Origin: Octopus bimaculoides | Taxonomy: Eukaryota | Direction: 5' to 3' | DNA length: 48,975 nucleotides | Assembly (NCBI RefSeq): GCF_001194135.2 | Contig: NC_068985.1 | Span: forward strand, 78,716,729-78,765,703 | In this document: positions 36,051 through 48,672 of the stretch, in pieces | How the letters are laid out: each line of letters begins with the position of its first letter | Position numbering within the stretch: position 1 is the first letter of the stretch | Translations under genes and position numbers: made by a program | The notes under the pieces: model-generated | Told to the model about the DNA's origin: nothing | The model's input: the letters and a program-made list of their open reading frames with translations, nothing else | Database searches by the model: none

Positions 36051-36829
36051 ACAGTGATCCTTTCCAAGATAAGCTTTTCTCCTGGGTGGAAGTTTTGACA
36101 AGCAATATGTATAATACATGCTGCATAGACACAACAGCAAGTTGTACCAAGCAATCAACGTTGTAGAGATACTGTGAAAATGTTCAGACTCTCCACCAAC
36201 ACGAGATTTGATTGCAACTTACTCTTTCATGATTACCTCCTCATTAGCTAAAGTTTTATTCATGTATGGTAACCTCAGTTTCAGACAAGACCTACTGAAT
36301 GACACTAGACTTATTGCCAGAACTATAGCAGTCCACTGCATCACTGCAGAAATTATTACTGATTGAAAAAGAGGAGACAGTGTATTAACACCAACTGAGG
36401 ATTTAGTCCTAAGTGATATAATACTACACTTTACTTTCAAAGAAAGCAGGCCTCCATTGTCCCCTTATTTGCTATGACTTTTGACAAGCTTCAAGATCAG
36501 TTATTTGATATAATTGGAGTTTAGTTACCAAAGTTTGTATTTAGTCATGGCCAGCTGCAAGTTGTTTAAGGAAAAAACTAAAAATAGTAGAAACTTCAAG
36601 TTACTAATTATTTTGTCAAAATGTCAGGATGTGTTATATCATACACTAAAGTATATACAAAGTAAATTGTTCTTAGAGAACTTATATTCTAAATGTGCAT
36701 TTAGTATATTTCTCAAATTATAATATGATGTTTACAAGCTGCATTGCATATATTACATATTTTATATTATATATTATATTTGGACAATGGTATAAATATT
36801 GTAATGTAAATTTCAAACCATACAATATT

Positions 36830-37180
36830 CTTTCTAATTTTGACACAAGGCTGGCATCGATCCCAGTGCTCAACATGCACTTATTTTATTGATCCCGAAA
36901 GGATAAAAAGCAAAGTTACCCTCAGCAGCATTAGAACTCGATATAAGAAACCAGAAGGACAGCCACTCAGTATTTTATCCGACATGATTGCCATTCTGCT
37001 AACTTGATGCCTTAGGTTTCAAATTTTGGCACAAGGCCAGCAATTTTTAGGAGGAGGTGTTAGTCAATTGCATTGCCATATGTGCTCAAATGGTACTTGA
37101 ACTCAGAATTAAAAAGTTAGAAGAAATGCTGCTAAGCAATTTATCTGACATGCTAATGATTCTGCCAGCTCACTGCCTTC
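36830..37180 (-). mobile_element. Two tandem SINE family B copies
   Basis: GCACAAGGCCAGCAATT tail; GATCCCGAAAGGATAAAAAGCAAAGT core; CTAATGATTCTGCCAGC head (all in reverse). Confidence 0.7.
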
Positions 37181-37902
37181 TATCTGTATAATATATGCTG
37201 CAAATATTACTAAAAACTGCAATCACTAATGTGAAAATAACATAAATATCGTTGTAAACTGCATTCTGCAAAATAGTGTAAAATGTAGATATTGTAGTAA
37301 AGTAAAATCTCTCTCAAATAATTAAATGTTGTTAATAACACTTTAAAATGTTTGGCTTTTGAAATACAAAATTGCCTATTACAGCCTGTATCATAATGTA
37401 AAATATAAATATGTCAGAATAAAACAACCAGTATAATACCACAAAATGTAAATATGATATTTAATTGCAATTTGTGCTATATTATCCATTATAAAATAAA
37501 TACTATCGCAAAATGAAATCTGTATTATATTGTATAATTTTGTAAAAGTTGTAAATTGTAACATATAGCTTATGACAAATATTATTGTGAACAGCAATTT
37601 ATCGAGCCATACTGTTAATATAGCAAGTATTAATTACTTGTACATAATTCCAGAGATTTGCAAATAAATTAGTGATTATCAGTGAAGAATTGAAAATGTC
37701 ATTCATTACATCATAATGCCACAAGAATTTTCATAATAATTATTTACTGGGATCTTAGATGTAAATAAATAAAAGAAAAAACATGTTTTTCATTTATATG
37801 TATATTTTAAAAAATTGATTAATGATGATGGTGATGATGGTGGTGGTGGTGGTGGTGGTGGTGGTGGTGGTGGTGGTGGTGGTGGTGGTGGTGGTGGTGA
37901 TA

Positions 37903-38442
37903 AATACCCTGATACTGTGCCAGGCACTGGCTCTCATGGCTTTTGATCTTAACTGATTGGAAGTGTTATCATGCACATGTTTTGTCTTGGTATAAAAGAT
38001 GGGCTACAGTAAATATTCTGCTCAATACTACAGATTTGCTTGTCAGTTGCTTGACTTTAACCAGTTGAGCATGTCCCTTGGTGGCATCTCTGAACACAAG
38101 CAGACGTAGTTGGGGAGCATCATACCCATATGCTGAGAAGAATTCTTTAGGATTTGAATAATTCACCTCTGGAAACACGGATGTTCCATTCAACATCTTT
38201 AAACAACTCTTATTCAGGGACCTTTTGAGTGGGATGGGCTATTCGATCAGAAGAAAACTCTAGCAGGGCTCCACCTGCAAGGTCATACGCTGTTTATTTT
38301 GATATGAGATCACCAAGTCGTGCACATATGGTTGTGATGCATGTGCCTGGTGTATCCTTAACAGATGAGTAGTCATAATGGTATATTAGGCTTCATATAT
38401 TTGTACCTCAGTGTCGCTTTGATGGCATGCATTGCTCTCTCA
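37903..38442. mobile_element. Unclassified ~540-bp interspersed repeat; copy 2 (opposite orientation to 7441-7950)
   Basis: Direct alignment to copy 1; flanked by (GGT)n and (TAA)n. Confidence 0.8.
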
Positions 38443-38574
38443 TGTAATAATATTAATAATCAATTCTATATTCCGTCATTTTTGACAGCAAATTATGACC
38501 CTTTACTTTATGTGTTCAAATCCCCACCACTGTTAAATCTGTCTTTCAATTTTCTAGAACTGATTATATAAGTG

Positions 38575-38830
38575 TCATCTGGATATTTCTTCTCATGCAA
38601 GTGATGAGTGAATGGCTCAGATCTTGCATTCAAATATAATTCAGATATGAGTGAGTTCTTTTATGTAACTCTCTTTGCCACAATACACAGTCTGTATCTT
38701 CTGCTGCTATTTGAGTAAAGCTTGTACTTTTCAGTTATTCTCCAGTCTATGTATTTTGTGGCTTTCTCTTTCGAAAACCATTTATATTTGGTTACCCGTG
38801 TGATCTTTTCACTTCTTATACTCTCTGAAT
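38575..38830 (-). mobile_element. Degraded PLE GIY-YIG C-terminal remnant
   Basis: TKYKWFSKEKATKYIDWRITEKYKLYSNSSRRYRLCIVAK...LNARSEPF...HEKKY parallels the C-terminus of the 16912 element (IWELK..HWKI..AY..RKCMLC). Confidence 0.6.
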
Positions 38831-39070
38831 GAAATGTGGTTATAGAGCTTCCATCATTCCAGTGTAGGGTTTCAGACAGAATGCATTATTATTTGGTTCA
38901 CTTGTATAAAACGGCCACTGTGTTGCAATGAGCATGCAAAATTACCTCTCCATGAGCAACCGGCCTCAGTGCTGGAGGAGGATTTGAGCGAAACTACTAT
39001 TTCATGTTGGCTGTACAAATGAAAGAACATAAACATGTATCTATTAAGTAATGTTTAATTTTTTATGAGT

Positions 39071-39488
39071 AGGCGCAGGAGTGGCTGTGTGGTAAGTAGC
39101 TTGCTCACCAACCACATGGTTCTGGGTTCAGTCCCACTGCGTGGCACCTTGGGCAAGTGTCTTCTACTATAGCCTCGGGCTGACCAAAGCCTTGTAAGTG
39201 GATTTGGTAGACGGAAACTGAAAGAAGCCCGTCGTATATATGTATATATATATATGTATGTGTGTGTATATATTTGTGTGTCTGTGTTTGTCCCCCCAAC
39301 ATCACTTGACAACCGATGCTAGTGTGTTTACATCCCCGTAACTTAGCGGTTCGGCAAAAGAGACCGATAGAATAAGTACTAGGCTTACAAAGAATAAGTC
39401 CTGGGGTCGATTTACTCGACTAAAAGGCGGTGCTCCAGCATGGCCGCAGTCAAATGACTGAAACAAGTAAAAGAGAGTAAAGAGAGAG
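39071..39488 (+). mobile_element. Full-length tRNA-derived SINE, family A
   Basis: A-box-like TGGCTGTGTGGT, B-box-like GGTTCAGTCC, internal microsatellite, GGGGTCGATT core, (GAGA)-type tail. Confidence 0.9.
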
Positions 39489-40519
39489 ATGAGAAAATGC
39501 CTGTTAAGTAATCTAAGGAAAGTGTTACCTATGTTGGGCTTAATATTTAAAGAGAAAGTGGGTGTGAACTAAATAACTTTGTTACATCATTTCTCTTTGG
39601 AAGATCCAAATGGAGTGTACAGGCATTCTTCTTTTTGAGTCCTCTCGCTACTAGGGTGTTATTGGATTATAGTGCTATTCTATCAAGTATCTCTGTACCA
39701 CAAGACAGATCCCAGATTTTTCTTATGCTTTTAACTTGGTTCTTGAGCACCAGTATGCTGGTAAAACACAGTGTTAATGAAAGTGGATTTACTGAAAGGC
39801 TTGTATAGACAAAAGAAGTTAATTTTAATGGTGATTCTAAGTCCAAAAAACCTGAAACCTTGAAGAATATCCTTCTTTAGCTTATTCTGTATAATCCAAA
39901 GGCGGCAGATTGAAACTACTTATTTAGAATGTGCAAATATTGGCACTATCAAATGACCCACTCCCGTGTCTAAAAACTGGTTGGGTCACATTGCTTCAAC
40001 CAGCTTGAGCTTTTATTAAAGAGATTCTTCCAGATACATAGTAGTAGATGTGAACAATGTATAACAGGAAAGTGACTGAAACAAGTGAACTTGATGAAAC
40101 CTGGGTTATACTTGAATGCAAAATCTGAGAGACTACAGCTCCTTGTATGCAGGAGAGGAAGTACGTTCTCTTTTGCTGGACTACACTGCCGATAATTCCA
40201 TTTGTGAACACTTTTATACTGTCTATTTCGCTACCTTCGTGATATCTAATACTATGTAGCCACATGTCAACTAATCTATTCTCCAGTCATCTGATGGTAC
40301 CATACATGTATCTATTCGCAAGGTTGTTTTTATTAGGTGTTATGTATGAATAAACACAAGATTCAAAGTTGTGGTTTTCTTCAAATCATAAAGAGTTACA
40401 TTCAAATGAAAGCAAATTTAAGGCGGGAGATGTCATAGCAGAGTAAAATGAATTGACTTTTTTTACTATAGATTCTATACAAGAATATCAATGATTTCAT
40501 TTTTAAAGCTAGTATATTT

Positions 40520-40539
40520 TTTGTATATATATATGTATG

Positions 40540-40597
<58 letters not shown>

Positions 40598-41019
40598 TGT
40601 ATGTATGTATGCGTGTGTGTGTGTACACACACACGCAACACATACATATACATATAAGTGTATGTATATGTGTGTGTGTGTACATGTGTTAGTTGTCTCA
40701 GCACAGTGAGGGTTCTAGAAAATACACAACGGAAAGTTTACAGAGACATATCTTTTCAGCAGCACCTAAATATTTTAGGTAGCATCACTCTCCCCTTCTC
40801 TCTCTTTCTCATTCTACTTACTCTCTCTCTCCCTCTCTCCATACATATATAAATGTATTATTTGGTATTCTTGATAAACCAGTAGAAAAGAACACAACAT
40901 TTACTGATGGTAAGATTCTATACATTTCATAGAGTAAATGTTATTGATAATATTGATTTGATTGAGAGTCCCAAATTTAGCTTTTTACGGCTTGAATAAG
41001 CCATTACATGTAAAATTGT

Positions 41020-41056
<37 letters not shown>

Positions 41057-41304
41057 CATACACATATGTATGTATATATATATAGATATATATATACGCA
41101 TGCAAATATATATATATATATATATACATATACCCATGCATATATATGTACATATATATATTATTAATTTTAATAATACTGTGTGTTTGTGTGTGTATGT
41201 AAGAATATGTATATATGTATATGTTAATGCAATTGAAACAATTATTGGATTTTTAAGGTGTGATCTAAAATAAAGATATGATTTTCTTCATACATATTGG
41301 TTGT

Positions 41305-41335
<31 letters not shown>

Positions 41336-41340
41336 NNNNN
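40520..41340. repeat. (TA)n/(CA)n/(TATG)n microsatellite clusters
   Basis: Direct reading. Confidence 0.85.
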
Positions 41341-41414
41341 NNNNNNNNNNNNNNNNNNNNNNNNNNNNNNNNNNNNNNNNNNNNNNNNNNNNNNNNNNNA
41401 TATATATGCACATG

Positions 41415-42633
41415 CAAAGGCTTCAAGAGGGATTGAAGACATATTTGGTAATTTAATAAAATATCTCTAAACTAGAAAAAACTAAATGTGTTTTAATAAA
41501 ATCTTTTATAAAATTATTCTGTGAATCTGCCTTCATCTTCAATGACTACTTCAATGCAGGACCAGAATCGTTGTCATGCCTGCAATAACAGGTCGCTTTT
41601 CTCTTCAGACATCATCCAATAATTGGTGGCCTTTAGTGAAGTTATGTTATTGTGAAAATGCTGATTAGTCTCCATTTTCACAATGCTCCCAACCTTGTAG
41701 TCTATGAGCTTTAAGTCTGGCGAGTTTGGAGACCATATTTTTGGGGTTACATGATCGTAAAGATTGTCTTATACCCATTATTCGGTTACGTGGACTTTGT
41801 GAGAAGGTGTTGAGTATTGTTGAAATACATTAGGCCTTCCACTGCGTACTTCATGCATCCTAGGCTTAACATCTGTCTCTAACACCTTAATGAATCTAGC
41901 AACATTAATTCTAAGACCATATGGAATGGCACGCTAGTCCTTCATTATTCACCACTTTTAAAACTATCACAATTCATGGAAATTTAATGTACATCACCCT
42001 GGGGACATCAGAAAGATTTGCACATAGTCATCTGTCATTTATTCTCTTAGATTATTAGTCTTGGTCGAAGTTTTTCTCATCAGAGAAGAACAGATGTATG
42101 CTATATTCGTGAAGGCTTTTGACCTTGTTAAGAAGCCACTTGGCATGAATCAAACAGGTTTTGTCTCTTTGCTGACACGAATTGGCCTCTCCTTGGTGCA
42201 TACAACTTGCATCAAATGTCTTCATGCACCACAATGCTGACAGTCCAACACCTGAAGTTCCTTGGCGATGACCATTGATTTTCCATAGTTAAAATCAATA
42301 ATGTCTTGAAACCTTTGGATGAATTGCAAGTGTTCTTATACGGTCAGAAAGTTTAGAATTTCTTTGTTCTCTTTGATACAGTTGAAACACTGGTGCCAGA
42401 GGCTTTCAATTATATTTGAACTTCATGTACAAAAGGTCTTGAAACATTTAGAAAGTTGGCAATTTCTAAATCGCTGTGTACTGCACATACAGCAACAATG
42501 AATGCATGTCTTTTCATTTCTTTTGTAAGCATTTTATATCTGCCATGGCAGATCTTAAAGAAATAAAAACCTTTTGATTTGAAGAGAATAATATACTAAT
42601 AATTAGATGTCCTCAAATACACTGTGCACCCTG
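41415..42633 (-). mobile_element. Defective maT/DD37D Tc1-mariner superfamily transposon
   Basis: Terminus TA|CAGGGTGCACAGTGTATTTGAGGACATC at 42633; other TIR degenerate; transposase pseudogene inside. Confidence 0.8.
41514..42546 (-). pseudogene. DD37D transposase pseudogene
   Basis: KRHAFIVAVCAVHSDLEIANFLNV..., LFFSDEKNFDQD, VFQQYSTPSH (second D mutated to Y), WSPNSPDLKLIDY. There are 37 residues between the second and third catalytic positions. Confidence 0.88.
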
Positions 42634-43687
42634 TATATATCTACATATATATGTGTGTATGTATATATATAAGCCAATATTTCTTGCAATCCTTAAACCT
42701 TTTAGAAAATCCTTCTTCATTTGCACAACTGTATGGTACATATATATGTGGGGGAAGGTGTATGCATGTGTGTGTGTGTGTCTGTTCTATGTTTATTTGT
42801 TTCTATTTGCCTTCACATTGACCACATTTGAATAACAGTGATATTTGCGTCATCTGTAAACAACTTATCCCATGGCTCGGCAGATTCAACGATTTTCATC
42901 ATGTGACAACTAATGAAATACATAAAAAATATCGTATTTGAAAAACAAATTAGTGTTGTAGACAGGAAAGGCAAGCAGCTGTAGAATATTACCTCAATAA
43001 ATTCCCCTGATCCATGCCAGCATAAAAAACATGAACGTAAAAAGCAATGATAATGATTATATATATATATATATATATATATATTTTATTTCTAGTAATT
43101 GCTTCGAATGCCATAGAGGAGAGATTATCATTCTATTGATTGTCTAAATTGTTATCTTATGATTGACTACTGGTGTGCTGGAATTGCTGTATGTCTCTTT
43201 TTGTCTACAATAACAACAACAACAATGATATACAAAACATCAGTAATATTACTGGGTGCAGAATTGACTAATGATATTAACCAATGATAAGAGCAAGACA
43301 AAGCAGAAAGAAAAAAAAAAACAATTCATGGAAGGAAATGTAGTAGTGATAATGATGATGATGATGATGATGATGATGATAGTAATAATGATAATGTTTT
43401 CTTTATTAACCACTAAGAGATCACAAAAAGATGGAGGACAATACAATGCAGTGTTGGGCGTACTTAAATGCATGTAAAAAATGAAACAACAAAGAACAAA
43501 GAAACAAAAAATTCAAACAAGAAATAATTCCACCCACCACCACCACCACCACTACCAAGAAAAAAGAGTCATAGGTGGTAGGTGTGAGGACCTCAGGAAG
43601 TTGCTCGTAGAAACTCCACAAAACCAAGGGCGCTCTGACCATTATGGTAAATGCCCACACTCTAACATCCTCTAATTTACAACTTCA

Positions 43688-44008
43688 GTGCATAGTTCTG
43701 TGGTTAGAGCATCGGGCTTACAATCATGAGGCAGTGAGTTTGATTCCCAGACCGGGCTGTGTGTTGTGTTCTTGAGCAACACACTTTATTTCACGTTTCT
43801 CCAGTTCATTCATCTGTAGAAATGAATTGCAATGTCACTGGTGCCTAGCTATATCAACCTTTGCCTTTCCTTTAGATAACATCGGTGACGTGGAGAGACG
43901 GGAGACATGGGTGACTGCTGGTCTTCCACAAACAACCTTGCCTGGACTTGTACTTTGGAGGGTAACTTTCTAGGTGCAATCCCATGGTCATTCATGACCG
44001 AAGGGGGT
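43688..44008 (+). mobile_element. Full-length tRNA-derived SINE, family C
   Basis: TGTGGTTAGAGCATCGGGCTTACAATCATGAGG..GAGTTTGATTCC head, GTGTTCTTGAGCAA, CCAGTTCATTCATCTGTAGAAATGA core. Confidence 0.8.
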
Positions 44009-44034
44009 GGTTACTCAGAGTATACAACAAGAGC

Positions 44035-45790
44035 ATACTCATTCATTTGGACCATCCTTGCCATTCTCAGTCTCCTTTCAAACAAATTTATTGAGAAGCA
44101 GCACTTCCCTTTTCACGATCACTTTCCTTTTTGAATGAAACTCGAAAAAGTTGATGAGGGCTTGGCCAAAGATGACGGTATCTGGCTTCAACCCTTTCAG
44201 TCTTGACAACACAACCTCTTTTGTCAAAGACACTAGATAGATGATATATGCCTGTCCTTCCTGGTCAAAGAATGTGATGGGATAATCCTCACAATGAGCT
44301 CAGCTCATAGCCAGATCCACTATTTGCAGACAAACCACTATCTATTGTTAACTATAGTCCCCCCTCGACACCCACTTAACTAATTTGCTAATCCGATCTT
44401 TGTAAACTTGGCGCACTGGGAGTGATGCATCCAGCTTTCAGTAATTGAGTCCCTCCCTATGATGCCTATCTGTACAAGTTTCAAATCGATGGCCTGTGTA
44501 GCAACAGTTTTAAATTGTGTACCGCATATGCTAGTCTTATCTATTGGCTTACAAAATACTCAATTTAGATAAGATATGGATGATCCAATGCAGTTTTTCC
44601 ATATCCACATTGATGCATTTGGAAAATCCAGTCTTTTCCTGTCACACAGTTGGAAAAGATTAAGCAGATTAGTGAAACTTTTCCACCCCTTGTCTTCTAT
44701 CAGTTGGCCATGCATAAGCGTGCACATAAGATAGTGTTCAAATTGCCCACTAACACTGAACAGTGGGACGTTCCAATGAAGACCTCTAGACCCCCCCCAA
44801 AAAAATCTGGTTGTCCCGTCCCTGATGGGGTTCAGACAGCTGCTTATCTGAAGGATTCCTTTCACTACTGTTTACATCCAGGAGCACCAACTTACCATCT
44901 AAATCAAGAAAGAATCAGGGTTTTCCAAAACACTCCCACCCCACTTCACTCCATCACCCTTATCTCGTTCCTAGTAAAGAGATGCGAAGATCTCAAAGTT
45001 TATCAAAAATGGATGCTAAGGTGCCTCTGATGGAAATCCTGATCTTGTTGATGGCTATCACATACAAACCAAGTGATCTTAGATCACTGAGCTGGTGACC
45101 CAGCTTCTAAGATGACCCCAGGTTACATGCATTTATATTTCCCAGTCTCAGAGTTGTCATGTTGGTAGAAACAAAAGAGGAAAAAAGGAAATGTGTTACT
45201 TAAGTATCTAGTAGTCCCTGAGACCTTGTAACTCAGTCTCTTTGAAATGTGGAGGCTTCTATGGGAAATCCTTTACAAGCCTGCTGCTGGCCCTATCATG
45301 GAGGCCTACTGCATCACTGGGAAAATTATTCTTCATTATTTTGTATGTCTCCAAGTCCAGTCTTATCATTTTCAAATTTTGTAGCACCTTGAAAATGCTC
45401 GTCTTGAAGACCTGTCTCTCTGTTTTAATGTTTTCCCTTTATGTAATGAAAGACATGAGTTTTTGATTCTTGCACCTTATCAGAACAAACTTTGGGGTGG
45501 GTGCTTCTTGTTGATGTTGTGCTTGTGTGTCTGTCTGGACCTCCATGGTCTCGAGCTGCCTTACCCTGGTCACATGTTCTAGGTTAACCCATTTATCTTT
45601 GAGGGTACTTTCCACCTGGATGTGAGATGCTGATTCTAATTGTCAGCTTTTAGTCAGCACACAATAATACAGCACTATTTTCCAAGCAATTGTGGCCAAA
45701 ATCTCCCCTGAGGTTGCAACATGATTTCCCTTCCCGCTCACTTTCACAAGCTGTGCTCCTTGTGTCAGACATTCTCCTTTGTTTAGAGAG
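44035..45790 (-). mobile_element. Decayed Tx1/L1-clade LINE with internal deletion of the RT
   Basis: APE N-terminus NINACNLGSS..LRSLGLYVIAI (45143); FQLCDRKRLDFPNASMWIWKNCIGSSISYL; YTGHRF; Y*KLDASL; then directly the C-terminal IVRIIP...KEVVLSRLKGLK...GQALINFF. Confidence 0.65.
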
Positions 45791-45804
45791 AACGAGAAGT
45801 ATTT

Positions 45805-45890
45805 TGTTGCTGTTGTTGTTGTTGTTGTTGTTGTTGCTGCTGCTGCTGCTGCTGTTGTTGTTGTTGTTGTTGTTGTTGTTGCAACTGTTG
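45805..45890. repeat. (TGT)n(GCT)n trinucleotide tract
   Basis: Direct reading. Confidence 0.95.
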
Positions 45891-46305
45891 CTGTCTTCGT
45901 TATAGTTGCTGTTGTCATTAATGCTGTTATTGTTTTCATATCCATCTGTTCTTCTGTGTCAGCTACCAACGATCATCAAGCTGGTGATGTATGATTTGAG
46001 CTAACAGGAATCACCACTGTATAATGTCTTAGTCAGAAAAACAATTTTCTCCTCTCACCACTTCATGCAATATAATGGGTGAGTGTTCTGGTGTCGCCAT
46101 GATTTTAAACATTAAAATTTACGATATAGTAAAATTTGATTGTAAGAGAAGAACCCTTTCGAGTCCACACTTACTGTCTCCCTTTTCACACATGAAGTAG
46201 GTTTCTTATTTAGGGAAATGTTCAAAATAAAAATTGCACAAAATGATGAATTTCCAATGAAACAACTAATAAGCTGAATTGAAGCAGATCCAATACAGTA
46301 TAAAC

Positions 46306-46337
<32 letters not shown>

Positions 46338-46788
46338 CAACAACAACAACAATCTTTTCTACTATAGGAACAAGACCCGAAATTTTGGGGGAGGGGACTA
46401 TCCCACAGTTTCACTGGTACTTAATTTATCGGCCCTGAAAAGATGAAAGGCAAAGTCGACCGCAGCGAGATTTGAACTCAGACATAGCGGCAGACAAAAT
46501 ACTACTAAGCATTTTGTCCAGTGTGCTAACGATTGTGCCAGCTTGGTACCTTCATAAAAATAATAATAAAAATACTTTCTACTATAGGTACAAGGTCTGA
46601 AATTTTGGAGGAGGAGCTAAGTTGATTACATTGATTCCAGTGTTCAACTGGTGCCTATTTTATCGCCCCCAAAAGGATGAATAGCAAAGTCAACCTCAGT
46701 GAAATTTGAACATGAATACAGATGAAATGCTACTAAGCATTTTGCCTCACATGCTAATGATTCTGCCAGCTCACTACCTTGATATTAA

Positions 46789-47172
46789 TAAGGGAACAGC
46801 CCATATCCTATGCAAGACAATATCAATTCAATGATACAATCTAAAAAAAAAAAAACCCACAAACACAAGACACATTCTATACAGCAATTATCTAGTGAAA
46901 TAAACTTCCACCAGCAATCCCAATAACCAATGCGTTTCACACTCTCAACACACAATACAAGCAGTAATAAAACAAAAGACTGCACCACACCTCAAGAGAA
47001 AAGAAACTGGTACAGTACACAACTGGGAAGAGCTTGCACACTCCCAACAACAGAAAAGAACACACAATGTTGCACACATCCCAGCAACATGGAGATGTAG
47101 CAGGTGATGCAGTAGAAATTTGCCTGAAATTTCCAAATGTTAAATAATTATACAACAATAATAATAATAATG

Positions 47173-47212
<40 letters not shown>
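46789..47212 (+). mobile_element. Extreme 3' end and 3' UTR of an R4/Dong-like element with (TAA)n tail
   Basis: Begins KGTAHILCKTIS (compare GTAHILRKTLS at 48850); ends in a long (TAA)n. Confidence 0.6.
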
Positions 47213-47214
<2 letters not shown>

Positions 47215-47570
47215 GTTACAAATTTTGGCACAAGGCCAGTAATTTGGGGGGAGCTGGGTAAGTCAACTACATTAACTCTAGTGTTCAACAGGTACTTATA
47301 TAATCGACTCTGAAAGGCATGAAAGGCAAAGTCGAACTCAGCAGCATTTGCACCCCAAATGCAAAAATGGACGAAATGCTGTTAAGCATTTGGCCCAATG
47401 TTCTAATGATTCTGCCAGTTTGCCCCCTTAATAATAATATTAATAATAATAATAATAATAAGTCAAAATTAAAAGAAGAGTGCCATTTGTTATCTAGTGA
47501 ACGATATTTCGACATCTCGTGTGTCTTCAACTGGTTCAAAAAATAAATTTGTCAATCTACTTCATTTTGG

Positions 47571-47687
47571 TTAATATAGAAAGGATTGAGGTAACTCCTC
47601 CTGAAGATATAGAGTCAAAATTAAATGGCACTCTTCTTTTAATTTTGACTCTATATCTTCAGGAGGAGTTACCTCAATCCTTTCTAT

Positions 47688-47692
<5 letters not shown>
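47571..47692. repeat. Perfect inverted repeat, 55-bp arms, 12-nt loop
   Basis: 47571-47625 is the exact reverse complement of 47638-47692. Confidence 0.97.
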
Positions 47693-47730
<38 letters not shown>

Positions 47731-47740
47731 GTAATAATAA

Positions 47741-47936
47741 TGCCAGTGGCACGTAAAAGCACCCACTACACTCTCAGAGTGGTTGGCATTAAGAAGGGCA
47801 TCCAGCTGTAGAAACTCTGCCAGATCAGATTAGATCCTGGTGCAGCCTTCTGGCTTGCCAGTCCTCAGTCAAATCGTCCAACCCGTGCTAGCATGGAAAG
47901 CGGACATTAAACGACGACGATGATGATGATGATGAT
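47741..47936 (+). mobile_element. 5'-truncated SINE family V
   Basis: GCCAGTGGCACGTAAAAGCACCC...GAAGGGCATCCAGCTGTAGAAAC...GCATGGAAAGCGGAC, (GAT)n tail. Confidence 0.9.
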
Positions 47937-48672
47937 GAATAATGATAATCCTTTCTACTAAAGACACAAGGCCTCAAATTTTGAGGAAGGGGACCAATTG
48001 ATTACATTGACCCCCAATGTTTCACTGGTGCTTAATTTATCGACTCTGAAAGGATGAAAGGCAAAGTAGACCTCAGTGGAAATTGAACTTAGAATGTAAT
48101 GGTGGGTAAGATACTGCTAAGAATTTTGCCCAGCATGCTAACGATTCTGCCAGTTCATCACCTTAAAATAATAATAATAATAATAACAATGCTTCTAGCA
48201 AAGGCACAAATATCAAACTTAACTTTGGTAGGAGGGTTAGTAAATAAAATAGGTACCAGTATTTGACTGATATTTTATTTTTTTGACCCCCAGAAGGATG
48301 AAACAAAAATTTGACTTTAGGGAATTTGAACTCAGAATGTAGAAAACCAGCATGAATTCCACAAGGCTAACAACCTAATGGTTTTGATGATGATGATGAT
48401 CATAATGATGATAAACATAATAATAATGGTTTCAAATTTGGGCATCAGACTTGCAGTTTCAGAGAAGGGACTAAGTCGATAACATCAACCCTAGCACTCA
48501 GCTAGTTCTTATTTTATCGACCCCGAAAGATGAAAGGCAAAGTTAACCCAAGCAGAATTTGAACTCAAAATATAAAGATGGATGAAATGTTGCTAAGCAT
48601 TTTGCCTGGCGTGCTAATGATTCAGCTAGCTTGTTGCCTAGCTGAAGATAATAATAATAATAATAATAATAA

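Larger units (their letters stand above)
46352..48645 (-). mobile_element. Six SINE family B copies in the same orientation (46352-46555, 46572-46780, 47213-47428, 47948-48165, 48190-48380, 48425-48645)
   Basis: Each shows TTTCTACTA/GGCACAAGG tail, GAAAGGATGAAAGGCAAAGTC core, TTTGAACTCAG, CTAAxGATTCTGCCAG head, separated by (TAA)n. Confidence 0.85.

Noticed and set aside
39071-39145. tRNA-like sequences (also 240-312, 43688-43750)
   Set aside because: SINE heads lacking a complete cloverleaf and continuing into SINE bodies.
39530-39870. Stop codons that might be recoded by A-to-I editing
   Set aside because: No evidence the frame is coding; the number of stops is compatible with chance across six frames.
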